Of a DNA stretch of 64,000 bases, positions 25,763 through 37,159 are shown piece after piece. Both the position numbers and the translations under genes were made by a program. This DNA is from Takakia lepidozioides. Its lineage: Eukaryota > Plantae > Bryophyta. Position 1 is the first letter of the stretch; each line of letters opens with the position of its first letter. The notes beneath the pieces are model-generated. The model did no database searches and was not told the DNA's origin. It was given only the letters and a program-made list of their open reading frames with translations. The DNA lies in contig CM060733.1 in NCBI GenBank assembly GCA_030704615.1, positions 37,076,001 to 37,140,000 of the forward strand, given 5' to 3'.

Positions 25763-26359
25763 CATCCTCTTCACTTTGGTCATCTGCAATTTCCATTACT
25801 GGATCTCACAAGAATTGAAACTTGAACTTGATGTCCCTTCGTATATTTGGTGCCAGTGCAGCCTCCAATTATATTGTGCAATATGTGTCATTTATTTCTT
25901 GTGTGTAGTCGTTCGAAAATAAATGGAATGGATGCAAATGCTTTCACAAGTCGTTCCTGCATTTTAATTTTTGGTGTTTTGGATGAATGAATGCCACGGC
26001 TATAGGCCCCTCGGCTATAGGTGCTATATGTTTCTGATGACATGACATCTGACAAGTTGTCCAAATGCCACGTCATTCAGACGACTGCCACGTCAGCAGG
26101 ATATTGACATTTCAGCCTCACGCTCACGCCACGTCAGCGTGACCCCACGCTCACGCCACATCAGCTGGTGTGGGTCGAAGTTCACAAAGGTTTGCTGATC
26201 GTAAGTAAACCGTGAGGACACGGCTTTTTGAGAGGGGGAAGGGTAATGTTAGAGGGCTGTCTGGGACTTAGATACTTTTATGGGTTCTGTGGGGTACCCT
26301 TAATTTTTGCACAGACTTACGGATGGTAGACTTAGACCAACATAGGCCTTAGGGGTGGT

Positions 26360-26570
26360 AGACAGGCTTACACAATCAGTCATAGACTTATACAGCTTGA
26401 CACAACTTGACACAACTAGTCACAGTCTGACAAAACCTTACACAACCTATCACAGTCTATCCACAGTCTATTACAGCCTGACACAATTAGCCACAGCCCG
26501 ACACAGCTTTACACAGCCAGTCACAGCCCGACACAGCCCGACACAGCTTTACACATCCAGTCACAGCATG
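26360..26570 (+). repeat. About 10-bp periodic CACAGC-type tandem array
   Basis: ACACAGCCCG/ACACAGCTTT/GTCACAGC units. Confidence 0.8.
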
Positions 26571-26750
26571 AACATCGCTAGAGCGTTGCGCGAGCTCCAA
26601 GAAACGTAGACGCCAGAGCCCATGAGGACTTAGTCATTTTCCTGTCCCCTCTAATATTCCCGCCAACTAGCTAGAAATAGCTGACAACTAGCAAGAACCG
26701 ATGGGTAGTGGACCTAGCTCTAGTAAAATAGTGTATCCACCGCTTTAGAC

Positions 26751-27932
26751 ATGGCCAAATATAACAAGGATAACAGCCATAGCTGCAAGCTGCGTATAGC
26801 ACCACAGCGCGAGCTCGGCGCTCGAGACGTAAGCGAGACCGTGATAAGAGAGTACAACGTAGCACAAGGAGAAGGGAGCGGTGCGGCCAATGAGCACATC
26901 GGCACGAGAAACATACAAACACACAACAAGATCCAGGATGTGGAAAGGTTATCTACTTTACCTCGATGCGTTTCCCAAAGAAGGCTATGTATCATCACAA
27001 ACAAGGCTCTACAGGGACAGCTCTACAGGCTCCTCCACCCCCTCTACTGCCTCTCTCTAACCCTTCTTCTTAGCTTTATTTTGATGGATTCCATGAAGTT
27101 TTACAGTTTTCAGACCGAATGTAGCGCTCCCATCTTACACAAGACCTGCTGCTACGAGGAACTACACACGCCCACATGGTCGAGCCAACAACCTGGTATT
27201 CTGGCTACCCATCAGAACGCGCCCCAAGCACTTATGCGCCTGCACAGAGGGTCAAACCAACAGCTTGTTACTCTGGCTACCCAACACTGCACTTCCCCAG
27301 CAACCGTATGCTTGTCCTTATCACGACATCAACTCCTTCATCACCATGTTTTTCAATGCGGGGTTGCCAAAGTCTACATTGTTGATGCCAAGAACAAGAA
27401 GCTGTCGCTGCAATATTGCTCCAAACAGATACTGGGCTGTAATAATAGATTATATGTGAGACGGCGTGCTGATGTGAACGATAGCAACATGGCTACCATT
27501 GTTTCCCCATCGAAGTCCCCCAAAACAAGCAATCATGAAGCGGGAGCTCCCAAATATGTCTTCTACATCTCCCCAGAGTGGCAACATGCAGTGAGCTGGT
27601 ACTCGTGGCCTCGATGTACTAGGGCCCCCGCCCGACGATTTTGGCATTTTCTTCACCCTACTTGGTTTACAGATCCAGCGTTTTTCTCTGATCGGGTTGT
27701 ACAGAAAGCTCCTCTGGCGTTTCTTTTGAGCTCCCTCCTACAGGGTTTCGGTAGCTTACAGCGTCTTGGCCCCACGTTCCTACTATGTCGAATAAACTCC
27801 CTCTCTAAGCACCACAAATCTGCCTACTGGTGTAGAAATGCAACGGATTCTTTTGTGATTCAGAACAGCTTGGGCCTTCTAGCGCTCAAAAACTGCATAC
27901 GGAACTGCGCATGCCACGTCACCATCGCGTGA
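26751..27932 (+). CDS. Open reading frame of unknown function in the retroelement leader (possible true start ATG ~27082)
   Basis: 393-codon stop-free ORF in an otherwise decayed element. No recognisable domain. Confidence 0.3.
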   Translation: MAKYNKDNSHSCKLRIAPQRELGARDVSETVIREYNVAQGEGSGAANEHIGTRNIQTHNKIQDVERLSTLPRCVSQRRLCIITNKALQGQLYRLLHPLYCLSLTLLLSFILMDSMKFYSFQTECSAPILHKTCCYEELHTPTWSSQQPGILATHQNAPQALMRLHRGSNQQLVTLATQHCTSPATVCLSLSRHQLLHHHVFQCGVAKVYIVDAKNKKLSLQYCSKQILGCNNRLYVRRRADVNDSNMATIVSPSKSPKTSNHEAGAPKYVFYISPEWQHAVSWYSWPRCTRAPARRFWHFLHPTWFTDPAFFSDRVVQKAPLAFLLSSLLQGFGSLQRLGPTFLLCRINSLSKHHKSAYWCRNATDSFVIQNSLGLLALKNCIRNCACHVTIA

Positions 27933-28209
27933 GTGTACGCTCTCACGCTCACGCAGAAGTCACGTCCCAATGGCGCTGTTTTGTGAGTTAAAAGGAAGCT
28001 TGTGCACTTAGTTTCGGTTGCAAACATCTTCATTTGGAATTAGAGCTACTATTGATGGTGTGTGGGGGCCATAAAGAGCAAGAATACCTTGTTGATTTCC
28101 TCACAGCCGTCATAGTTTGGTGCAAAGAAGCATAGAGTCCAAGAGACACAAACCCTAGCTTGGCGTGGCTAAACCCCTTGGAGAAATGGCTAAAGTGCCA
28201 TGAGTGGCC

Positions 28210-28630
28210 ATGGATGGGGCTATGATAGGCTGTGGCCTGTGGCCTGTGGGGCTGTGACGGGCTGTGACAGGCTATGATCTGTGGCATGTGGGACTGTGAT
28301 GGGCTGTGACCTGTGGCCTGTGGGGCTGTGACGGACTGTGACAGGCTGTGATGGGTTGTGGCACAGCCTGTGGGGCTGTGATCCTGTGACCTGTGTAGGG
28401 CTGTGACGGACTGTGACAGGCTGTGATGGGCTGTGGCACAGCCTATGGGGCTGTGATCCTGTGACCTGTGTAGGGCTTTGACAGGATGTGATAGGCTGTG
28501 ACCTGTGGCCTTTGGGGCTGTGATGGGCTGTGGCCTGTGTGGGGTTGTGATGGCTGTGACCAGTGATCTATGTGGGCCTGTGCTGGTCTGTGGTGGCCCG
28601 TGTTGACCTATGGACGGCCTGTGCTGACTC
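28210..28630 (-). repeat. About 10-bp periodic GGCTGTG tandem array (reverse complement of the 26360-26570 array)
   Basis: GGGCTGTGAC/GGCCTGTG units with an internal ~70-bp higher-order duplication. Confidence 0.85.
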
Positions 28631-29308
28631 GTGGAGGCTTTGGTGGATTGCCTAAAGACTGGCATGTGGTTTTGAAGGCCGAATTTTGAAGCTCGTGGAG
28701 GGCGGTTTGAGGAGTATCTTCATGATATTCCCATGGTCATGCAAGTGAGGGAAGAGAGGAGAGGAAGAGTGTTGGGGTTAGGCATTGCTTTAGCTTCTCT
28801 TCCTCGTAGTTTTTTACCCTCTCATTAGGCCAAGACCTTTCCGTAGTTGGAGGCAAGAGTCAGTCCGGGTTTGGGCTGGGGTGTCCTTGCAGGAGCAACA
28901 CCGTGGAGTTGTTTTTGGTATGGGGGAGTTGTCGTTCTGATTTCTTGTGTTTGGATCCCCTCCATACCTGCATGCTTGATTGTGCGTCATGTTAGTTTTA
29001 TGTGGGCGCTTGTTTTTATAGGTGATTGGTCCGGATTTGATCACCGGCCAGTCCTAGAGCATGCTGTCGATGGTGAGGCTGGGGTGATGACTAGTCAGAC
29101 CATCATTGTTTCTCATGTGGTGAGGTTGGAGGTGATTACCAGCCAACTGTAGGAGTGCTTGCGGTGGATGCAGGTGCAGGTGTAGGCTATGTTAGGAACC
29201 CAGTATTCCAAACCATAAGCCGCAACAGGTTCTCTACCCGATTACCTTGTGGAGAGGGGGTTAGGGACATATTCATGACCGGTTGAGTGACAGTTTGTCA
29301 ACACGGAG

Positions 29309-30900
29309 GTGCCACTAGTTGCTGGGGAGAGTGCCGGTTCGAGCACTAGCGATACTAGTGGGTACACGAGACGAGGTGTGCGGTTTAGGCCACCTTCACC
29401 TCCTGTGTCTTCTACGGAAGATTCTGATTCGGATTGTGAATCAGGAGGACTCACACCGGCGGTGCAAGTACAAGTTTCCTTGCCATTGTTGTGGGACACA
29501 ATGGAGGAGATGTATGGAGCTATCAAGGGGCCACGAAGGTACTCTGGGGCGGTGGGCACCATCGAGTTGGATGATTTTATCCAAGAGTTTGATAGTTGGT
29601 GTGATTTGTAGCAAATGCGCAATCCACAACTATTTATGCCTTTCATGGCATGGAAGGGGCTGTTTCAGCACCTTGAGGGGCCGCCTATGGATGATTACCA
29701 TGAGTTGCGAGGGCATGAGATTGAGATCGAGGAGTGGAGGATGTACTGGTCACCCGACTATGTCTCCATCATTAGGGGCACTAGAGCCACGAAGGCAGTG
29801 GCTACATCTGCCGCTGCACCGGCAGCTTCAACAAGCAGTAGTGGGACTAGTGGGACTGGTGGTACCGTAGCTACGACGTTCACCCAAGCCACTATCGCAC
29901 CAGCACTCGTACCCATGCCTGCCTTCAACCCTGTTGTGGAGTTCTTCGAAGAGTTGAGAAGGAACTACCAAGGGGTGAGGACAGAGAAGTTGCAGAGCTT
30001 GCAAGAGTTCCAACGGAAGCCTACTGAGAGCTTGAGGGAGGCTTTCATTCGCATGAGGCGCTTGATAAATGAAACCCAAGGGGTTACGGAAGCTCAGGCA
30101 CTCCAATTCTGGTATGTGATATTGGACAAAGAGCTGAGGAGAAGGGTGCGGGATGCAACTCTCTTACAAGCGGCCCAACCCACCTTAGCAAATGTGTTTT
30201 TGCTGGCAGAGCAGATAGAGCTCAACATGGTGGAGGAACGAGTGGTCATGGTGGGATTTTCTAAGGAGACACCATGGGGTAGTGGTGATCTTAGCCAACC
30301 ACTACCTCAACGTGCTCAAGGCAACAAGGGGGCTCAAGTGAAGCTCAGGGAAGGACAGAGAGGACCTCAGATGCAGGGGTCTCTCCCTTCATTTGCAGGC
30401 CAACAACGAATGGAGGTGGTGTGTTGGACATTGGAGAACCCCATGTCTAGAAGGATTGCCCAGAGGGAGGCAAAGGGCCGGCACATGCATAACCTACACA
30501 GTTGCAGTGTGGGCATTGTGGCAAGCACGGGCATGGAGAGGCCCAGTGTTATGGTTTACATCCTAAGTTGCACCTTGGCCAGTTCCAAGGGAACAATGGT
30601 GGCCGGGGGCGAGGTGGAGCAGCCCAGAGAGGACGAGGTGGCCAGGCACGAGGTGCCAAGGGCAAGCTCAACATAGCCAAGGACGCAGAGGTCAGGGTGT
30701 TGACCAAGGCATGGCCAACCGGCTTCAGCAGCTAGAGCAGAGGCTCGCTGCCATGGCTACAGCTCAGGTGGTACCGGCTCCAAGGCCGGATGGTCCACCT
30801 CCGGCTTCTGAGGGAGGAGATATGGGAGGCATGGGATTCATGTGCTGGGCAGCACTACCACTAGTGCAAGTGGAGTCGGCGGTGGCAGTGACCCGAGGAG
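29309..30900 (+). pseudogene. gag of the Gypsy element (interrupted), with CCHC zinc knuckles
   Basis: YSGAVGTIELDDFIQEFDSWCD capsid-like start, FQRKPTESLREAFIRMRRL major-homology-like region, and CGHCGKHGHGEAQC knuckle at ~30505-30550. Confidence 0.85.
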
Positions 30901-31099
30901 CAGCATGAGTTCCTGAGCCACGAGGTGCAGAGGTGGAGTTGGATCCATAGCGTGGGGAAGCAAGCCATCAGGCCATGCTTCCTCAGTCATTCACATTGGC
31001 AGAGACAGTGTCGATGCCATCCATGGCACCTAATTCTCGCCCGACTGTTACCGAGGCGGAGGTTACTATGCCATTGGGGAGAGCTACACGGGCACCGGT

Positions 31100-31824
31100 G
31101 TGCTGCTGGGACCGGCCACATCTGTGTGTCAGGCTCGATTGTTCTCGGCTACCATGATTACGACGCTGGGGGTAAGACCAACTCAGGTGTTCAGGCTGGC
31201 AGCTACACTCTGTGAGAATGGGGAGGTTACTTCATCTTCTGCGGAGATAGTGGGAGGTGTAGTGTCGGAGGGATCCTCGGATTTGAGGGTCAAGACTGCC
31301 ACGGCTGTGCCATGGCAAGCTGCAACTCCCAGGTTGATAGAGCTGCCAGCTAGGCCAGCCTGTGAGCGCGCCATGGTGACACCTGAAGTTGTTATGTTAG
31401 ACAACCAGGATGACATTTTATGTTTGAGTGGACCGGCAGGCAAGAGGTACCGGCCACTGCGGGTCTTGTTGGACTCGGGAGCTCAGCCATTGATGCTGGG
31501 CAGAGCTGCTATTGCAGGCTTGGGCCTCACGGAGGCAGATATGGAGCCTTGTCCTTTCGAGATACAGACGTATCTGGGAGGATCGAAGCAGGCTCGGGGC
31601 ATGACACGGCGTGAGTTGGCTATCAGACTACGGCCGGATCACCCTACAGATGGCTTAGTGATATGAGCCAAGGCCATTGTGACAGACGCGGTCTCATACG
31701 ATGTTCTGGTTGGTGGGGCAGTGTTGTACCCCATGGGCTTCACCCTGGATTTTTGGAAGGAGTCGACTTCCTATAGGCCTGGATGGCAGTCAGGAGAGGG
31801 CCGGCGTGTGCAGCTCCCTGCGAC
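31100..31824 (+). pseudogene. Aspartic protease domain of pol
   Basis: RVLLDSGAQPLML active site and YDVLVGGAVLYPMG C-terminal motif. Confidence 0.85.
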
Positions 31825-32494
31825 CCTGGGGGGTGCACCAAGGGTTAATGTACCTATCACGTGCGTGAACAGAAGGGGGTTAATTAAATACCCCCACATA
31901 CAGACTATGTATATTGAAAGGGTTTGAAAAATTCCTTATATATATATATATATATATATATTTGAGGGTATGTTACATATTTGGGTGTATAGCGTACTGG
32001 TAAGGTCTCTAATTACGTGCTGTGACATCGTGTGTTCAAATAATTTTTGCATCTTTTTTTTTCGTCGTTTCTCTTTTCCGCCAGCCCTATCTTCCGTTGC
32101 GCTGCGCGCTCTCACCTTGTTGTGCGCTTCTTCCTCATGTTTACTAGGTTCTTGGGAGGTCTTAGCAGGCCCTGTGTGTCAATCGGCGTCTGCTCAGCTG
32201 CACTGCGGTGGAGGCGTGGTGGTTCTCACAGAGCGATCCGACAGTACATGACTACAGACACAAGCATCACACAAGAGAGGTCCTTTTGGATTGATGGTCG
32301 ATCAAATCCTCCATGGGTCATGACACAAGGTCAAGGACAATGTGGTGAGTGCATCTTCTTCTTCAACCTATTTCTGCCTATTTTACCCTCTCATCAGACT
32401 CGGCCTTGAGATGCGTATTGAACTCTGTAAGTTAGCTCGGTGGGTGGATCTGTGGTGGTTAGGAGTGACTTTGACAAGTTATTGCTGATGTGGC

Positions 32495-34250
32495 AGCAGG
32501 AAAGTATCCAAAAACAGGTAACCGGAGATGAGGAGAAGCTGTGGGATGAATACTTTCCTGACCCCAGCCAATGGTGGGACAAATGAGGCAAAAAGGTGAA
32601 TGCTTGTCAGATTACCAGATGTCATTCTGAATGCTGCAGACACAAGCTGCACACGCAAGAGGTCCTTTTGGGTTGATGTTCGGTCAAACCCTTCATGGGT
32701 CATGACACAAGGTCAAGGACAATGTGGTGAGGGCACCTTCTTCTTCAACCTATTTCTGCATGTTTTACCCTCTCACCAGACTCGGCCTTGAGATGCATAT
32801 TGATTTCTGTAAGTTAGCTCATTGGGTGGATTTGTGGTGGTTAGGAGTGACTTTGACAAATTACTGTCGAAGTGGCAACAGGAAAGTATCAAAAAACAGA
32901 TAACATAGATGAGGAGAAGCTCGCTGGTGGATCTATGGTGGTTTTGGAGTGATTTTGACATGTTACTATAGGTAGGGTTGGGGTGTTTGCTGGAAGAACT
33001 TCATGCCATCAATGTCAGCTGGTTCAGCTGCTAGCAGAGATAGAATGTGGGCCTAGATTTATCCAAGAGGGCCGGATTTCAAGCTCCAGATTACCTATGA
33101 TTCCCTGTGGAAGGCAGATGGTCAACTGGAAGCTGCAGCGGCAGCGGCACAATGGATAAAAATAGGCATTGTTAATGAAGGCACCTTCTTCAACACATTT
33201 CACCTTGTTTTTCCCTCTTATCAGAATCGGCCCTAAATTTCCATGTTGAATTCTGTAAGTTAGTTGGCTGAAGGACCAGGGACAGAGGTCCAGATTCATC
33301 CAAGAGGGTTGGATTTCAAACACAAGATTACTTCTAATTCCCTGTGGATCAATACCTACAAGAAATCTGTGTAGGTAGATGGTCAGCTAGAAACAGCAAC
33401 GGCAGCAGCACAAATTGAGTATAAGGAAGGCAGTGCTAATGAAAGGCACCTTCTTCAACACATTTCAGCCTGTTTTTCCTTGTTATCAAAGTCGTCCCTA
33501 AAATTTCATGGTGAATTCTGCAAGTTAGCTCGTTTCTATGGTGGTTTTGGAATGATTTTGACATATTACTGACATGTGGCAACAGGAAAGTATCGAAAAG
33601 CAGATAACAGAGACGAGGAGAAGCTCTGGAATGAACACATTTCCGACCCCAGTCAATGGTGGAACAATCGAGGCAAAAGGTGAATGTCTGTTGGAAGCAA
33701 ACGCAAGTCAACATAGCTAGAAACTAGTGTGAAAAGTATGGTTGGGGGGTTTGCTGGAAGAATTTTAGGCTGTCATTGTCAGCTGCTAGCAGCAAGGCAA
33801 GGATGTAGGCATGATTCGAGCAGAGGCATGGATAGCTGAAGGAGCAGGGATAGAGTGTGCAGGGTCCAGATTTATCCAAAGAAGGACGGATTACAAGGTC
33901 CAGATTACCTATGATTCCCTGTGGAAGGATAGCTACAAGATACCTGCATGGGTAGATGGTCAACTGCAAACCACTGCAGCAGCGGCACAATTGATAAAAT
34001 GAGGCAATGCTAATCAAGGCACCTTCTTCAACACAGTTCACCCTGTTTTTCCCTTTTATCGGAATCGGCCATAAATTTTCATGTTGAATTCTGCAAGTTA
34101 GCTGGTTGAGTTAGTTTGGAGTGACTTTGACATGATACTGCCAATGTGACAACATGAAAGTATCCAGAAAGAGGTAGCAGAGACGAGGAGAAGCTGTGGA
34201 GTGAATACTTTTCTGACCCCATTCAATGGTGGGACAACCGAGGGAAAAAG
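32495..34250 (+). pseudogene. Repeated, decayed OSB-type PDF-motif exons captured in the TIR element
   Basis: EEKLW(D/N/S)E(Y/H)(F/I).DP.QWW(D/N)..GKK|gt-type exons at ~32530, ~33615 and ~34185. Second-half exons such as RRTDYKVQITYDSLWKD at ~33880, with similar copies at ~33070 and ~33300. Confidence 0.6.
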
Positions 34251-34266
34251 GTGAATGCATGTCCGA

Positions 34267-36170
34267 TTACCTGATGTCATTCTGAACGCTGCCCTGGTGG
34301 ACATGTATGTCAAATGTGGGTGCTTTGAGAATGCAAAGGAAGTGTTCAACACTATGGCTAAATGAGATATGGTGTCGTGGAGTGCGTTGCTTGCAGGGTA
34401 TGCACAGCAGGGGCGCGGGATGGAGGCTTTGGAGACCTATGAGCAAATGATGGGGGAAGGGGTGAAGCCCGACCACATCATGTTTGTGTGCGTTCGCAGT
34501 CCATGCAAGCCTGGTAGCCCTGGAAAAGGGCAAAGAGGTGCATGGTTGCATCGCAAAAGTTGGAATTGTACCAGATGTGATCATTCTGAACAATACCCTT
34601 GTGGACGTGTATGCCAAATGTGGGAGCATTGAGGGTGCAGAGGGAATGTTCAACACTATGGCTGGACGAGATATGATGTCATGGAACGCGCGATGCTTGC
34701 AGGATATGCATAGCAGGGGCATGGGATGGAGGCTTTGGAGACCTACGAGCAAATGATGGGGAAGGGGTGAAGTCCAACCACATGTAACGTTTGTGTGCAA
34801 GCCTGGCAGCCCTAGAAAAGGGCAAAGAGGTCCATGGTTGCATGTCAATCTGAAATTGTACCAGATGTGATTCTGGACACTGCCCTTGTGGACATGTATG
34901 CCAAATGTGGGAGCATTGGGGATGCGGAGGGAGTGTTCAACAATATGGCGAAACAAGATTTGGTGTCATGCAACACCATGCTTGCAGGATATGCACAGCA
35001 GGGGGCGGCCTTGGAGACCTATGAGCAAATGATGGGGGGAGGGGTGAAGCACAACCACATCACATTTGTGTGCGTTTGCAATGCTTGTGCAAGCCTTGCA
35101 GCCCTGGAAAAGGGCAAAGAGGTGCACGGTCACATCACCAAAAGCTGGAATTGTACCAAATGTCATTCTAGACACTGCCCTGGTGGACATGTATGCGAAA
35201 TGTGGATGCATTGAGGATGCAAAGGGAGTATTTGACAATATGCAGGCTGAACGAAATGTGGTGTTGTGGAATGCGATGATTGCAGGATATGCCCAACATG
35301 GTTGTCATGGGCAGGTCCTGCAACTATTTGAAGGAATTCAAAAGAACGGTTTGAAGCCAAACAATATCACCTTTACATGTGTTCTCTCTGCATGTAGCCA
35401 CATTGGTCTACTGAATGAAGGAAAAAAACTACTTCGATTCCCTTAGTCAAGATCATGGTGTCACTCTGACAGTGAAGCACTTTGGCTACATGGTGGACCT
35501 TCTTGGACGTGTAAGACAACTGGATGAGGCAGTGGACCTGATTAATAAAACGCCATCAATCCGAATGCTGTGGTGTGGAAGGCCTTGCTTGGTGGCTGTA
35601 GAATCCATGGCAATGTGGAGATGGTTGAACGTGCGGCAACATCTATCCCCACGTCGGATGAACATGATGCCGCGACTTATGTGTTGCTATCAAATATCTA
35701 TGCTACAGCTGGTAGGTGGGATCCATCTTAGTAGGAGAATGTTCTCCCTGCATTTTACCAACACCATGGTGACATCGTAAGAGCTGGAATCGTATCAGAT
35801 GTCATTCTGAACCCTACTTTGGTGGACATGTAATTCAAGAGCGGGTGTAGCAAGGTGGTTTAACTAGATGCAGTGTTTTGACAATATGGCTGAACGAGAT
35901 GTGGTGTTGTGGAACGCGATGAATGCAGGATATGCATAGGAGGGGAGCGGGATGAAGACTTTGACATAGAGACCTATGAGCAAATGATGCAGGAAGGCTT
36001 GAAGTTGGACCAGATCATGTTCCTATGTGTTTATAATGCATGAACAACCATGCAAGCAGCCCTCGAGAAAGACAAAGAGGTCCATGGTGATGTTGTCAAA
36101 GCTAGGGTTATATCAGGTGTCATTCTGAACAGTACCCACGTCAACATGTATGTCAAATGTGGGAGCAACG
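34267..36170 (+). pseudogene. Decayed PLS-class PPR (to E domain) gene fragment captured in the TIR element
   Basis: Repeated ALVDMYAKCGSI.DA..VF..MA.RD.VSW.AM.AGYAQQG and VLSACSHIGLL...MVDLLGR...VWKALLGGCRIHG, with many stops and frameshifts. Confidence 0.88.
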
Positions 36171-37159
36171 AGATTTGTTATTACTATTATTGTTTTTTTT
36201 TTCATTTTGTTTGCCTAAGCAGGGAGAGAGCAGCAGCTGCTGCTGCTGTCTCTCTCCCCCCTACTAGGCCAAGGAAAACGGGGGAGGGAGAGAGGAGCAG
36301 CAGCAGCTGCTGCTGCACACAAATCCCCCCCCTCCGTTTCTTAAATGAAAAATCTTCTTGTTTTGGCCTAAGTGGAAACGGCAGTGGCAGCAGCACAATT
36401 GATAAAAACAAGGCACTGCTAATGAAGGCACCTTTCTCAACACATTTCAGCATGTTTTTAACAATTTTATACACGGAAAATAAGTTTTATACTAATTTTT
36501 ATTGGTTACACAAGTTATTTTGATTTTTTTTAATCCGATCTATAGTTTGTCCATAATTTTGTATTAAAAATTATACATAAATAAAGGGTTTTTATATTCT
36601 CAATGAAAACATGAACACATACAGCAGGGTATTGTTATTCATTAATTATTTGTTTTATATAAATACTTTAGGGGTTCTAATAAAGTTTAAAAAATATGTA
36701 TACATATGATAAATTCATGAATTAAGCTATATACAGGGGTATTGTTTATTGGTTGATGCACGCACGTGATATGGTCTTTTTATGAAGAGTGCACCCCCCG
36801 GGCCTGTGACGTTCATAGGAGGAGTTGTGGTTGTCCAGCGGGGCAAGATGCCGACACTAGCAGCATGCATTCACAACTGCAGTGACTTAGCCTTAAGAGT
36901 TGCTAGAGGGCAACGCTCATTCAGAGGATGACATACCTCCAGGAGAGCAGGATGACATGTATGGTATGGCGGAGTTGTCTGCTATGGTTGCTCAGACTCC
37001 ATTGTGGGGCACGACCAAGGATTTGCAGCGGTTTGCTGATCGACGGGTGCAACAAGCCTGGGTGGAGGTTTTTGTACCGTCGGGAGAGGAGGAGAATGCG
37101 GGGATTGCACCAGGACCACTTGGTTGTCACCATTGGATACCACACCTATTGTGTGGCAG

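Larger units (their letters stand above)
20573..26030. mobile_element. Candidate nested DNA-transposon-like element carrying two divergent decayed genes
   Basis: Imperfect inverted ends (CATAGGCAC...GCCTATAGCCGCGG at left, CCACGGCTATAGGC...GTGCTATATG at right). TTTC on both flanks (20569-20572, 26031-26034). Absent from the leader of the second Gypsy copy. No DDE transposase recognised. Confidence 0.5.
31825..36802. mobile_element. Non-autonomous Pack-type TIR DNA transposon (~5 kb) inserted in pol, carrying host PDF-motif/PPR gene fragments
   Basis: TIRs CCTGGGGGGTGCAC / GTGCACCCCCCGGG with subterminal TATCACGTGCGTG. 8-bp TSD CCTGCGAC (31817-31824) / CCTGTGAC (36803-36810). Removing it restores ..VQLPVTFIGG.. 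in pol. Confidence 0.88.

Noticed and set aside
28030-28665. 211-aa minus-strand ORF
   Set aside because: It is a translation of the tandem repeat array, with no evidence of coding function.
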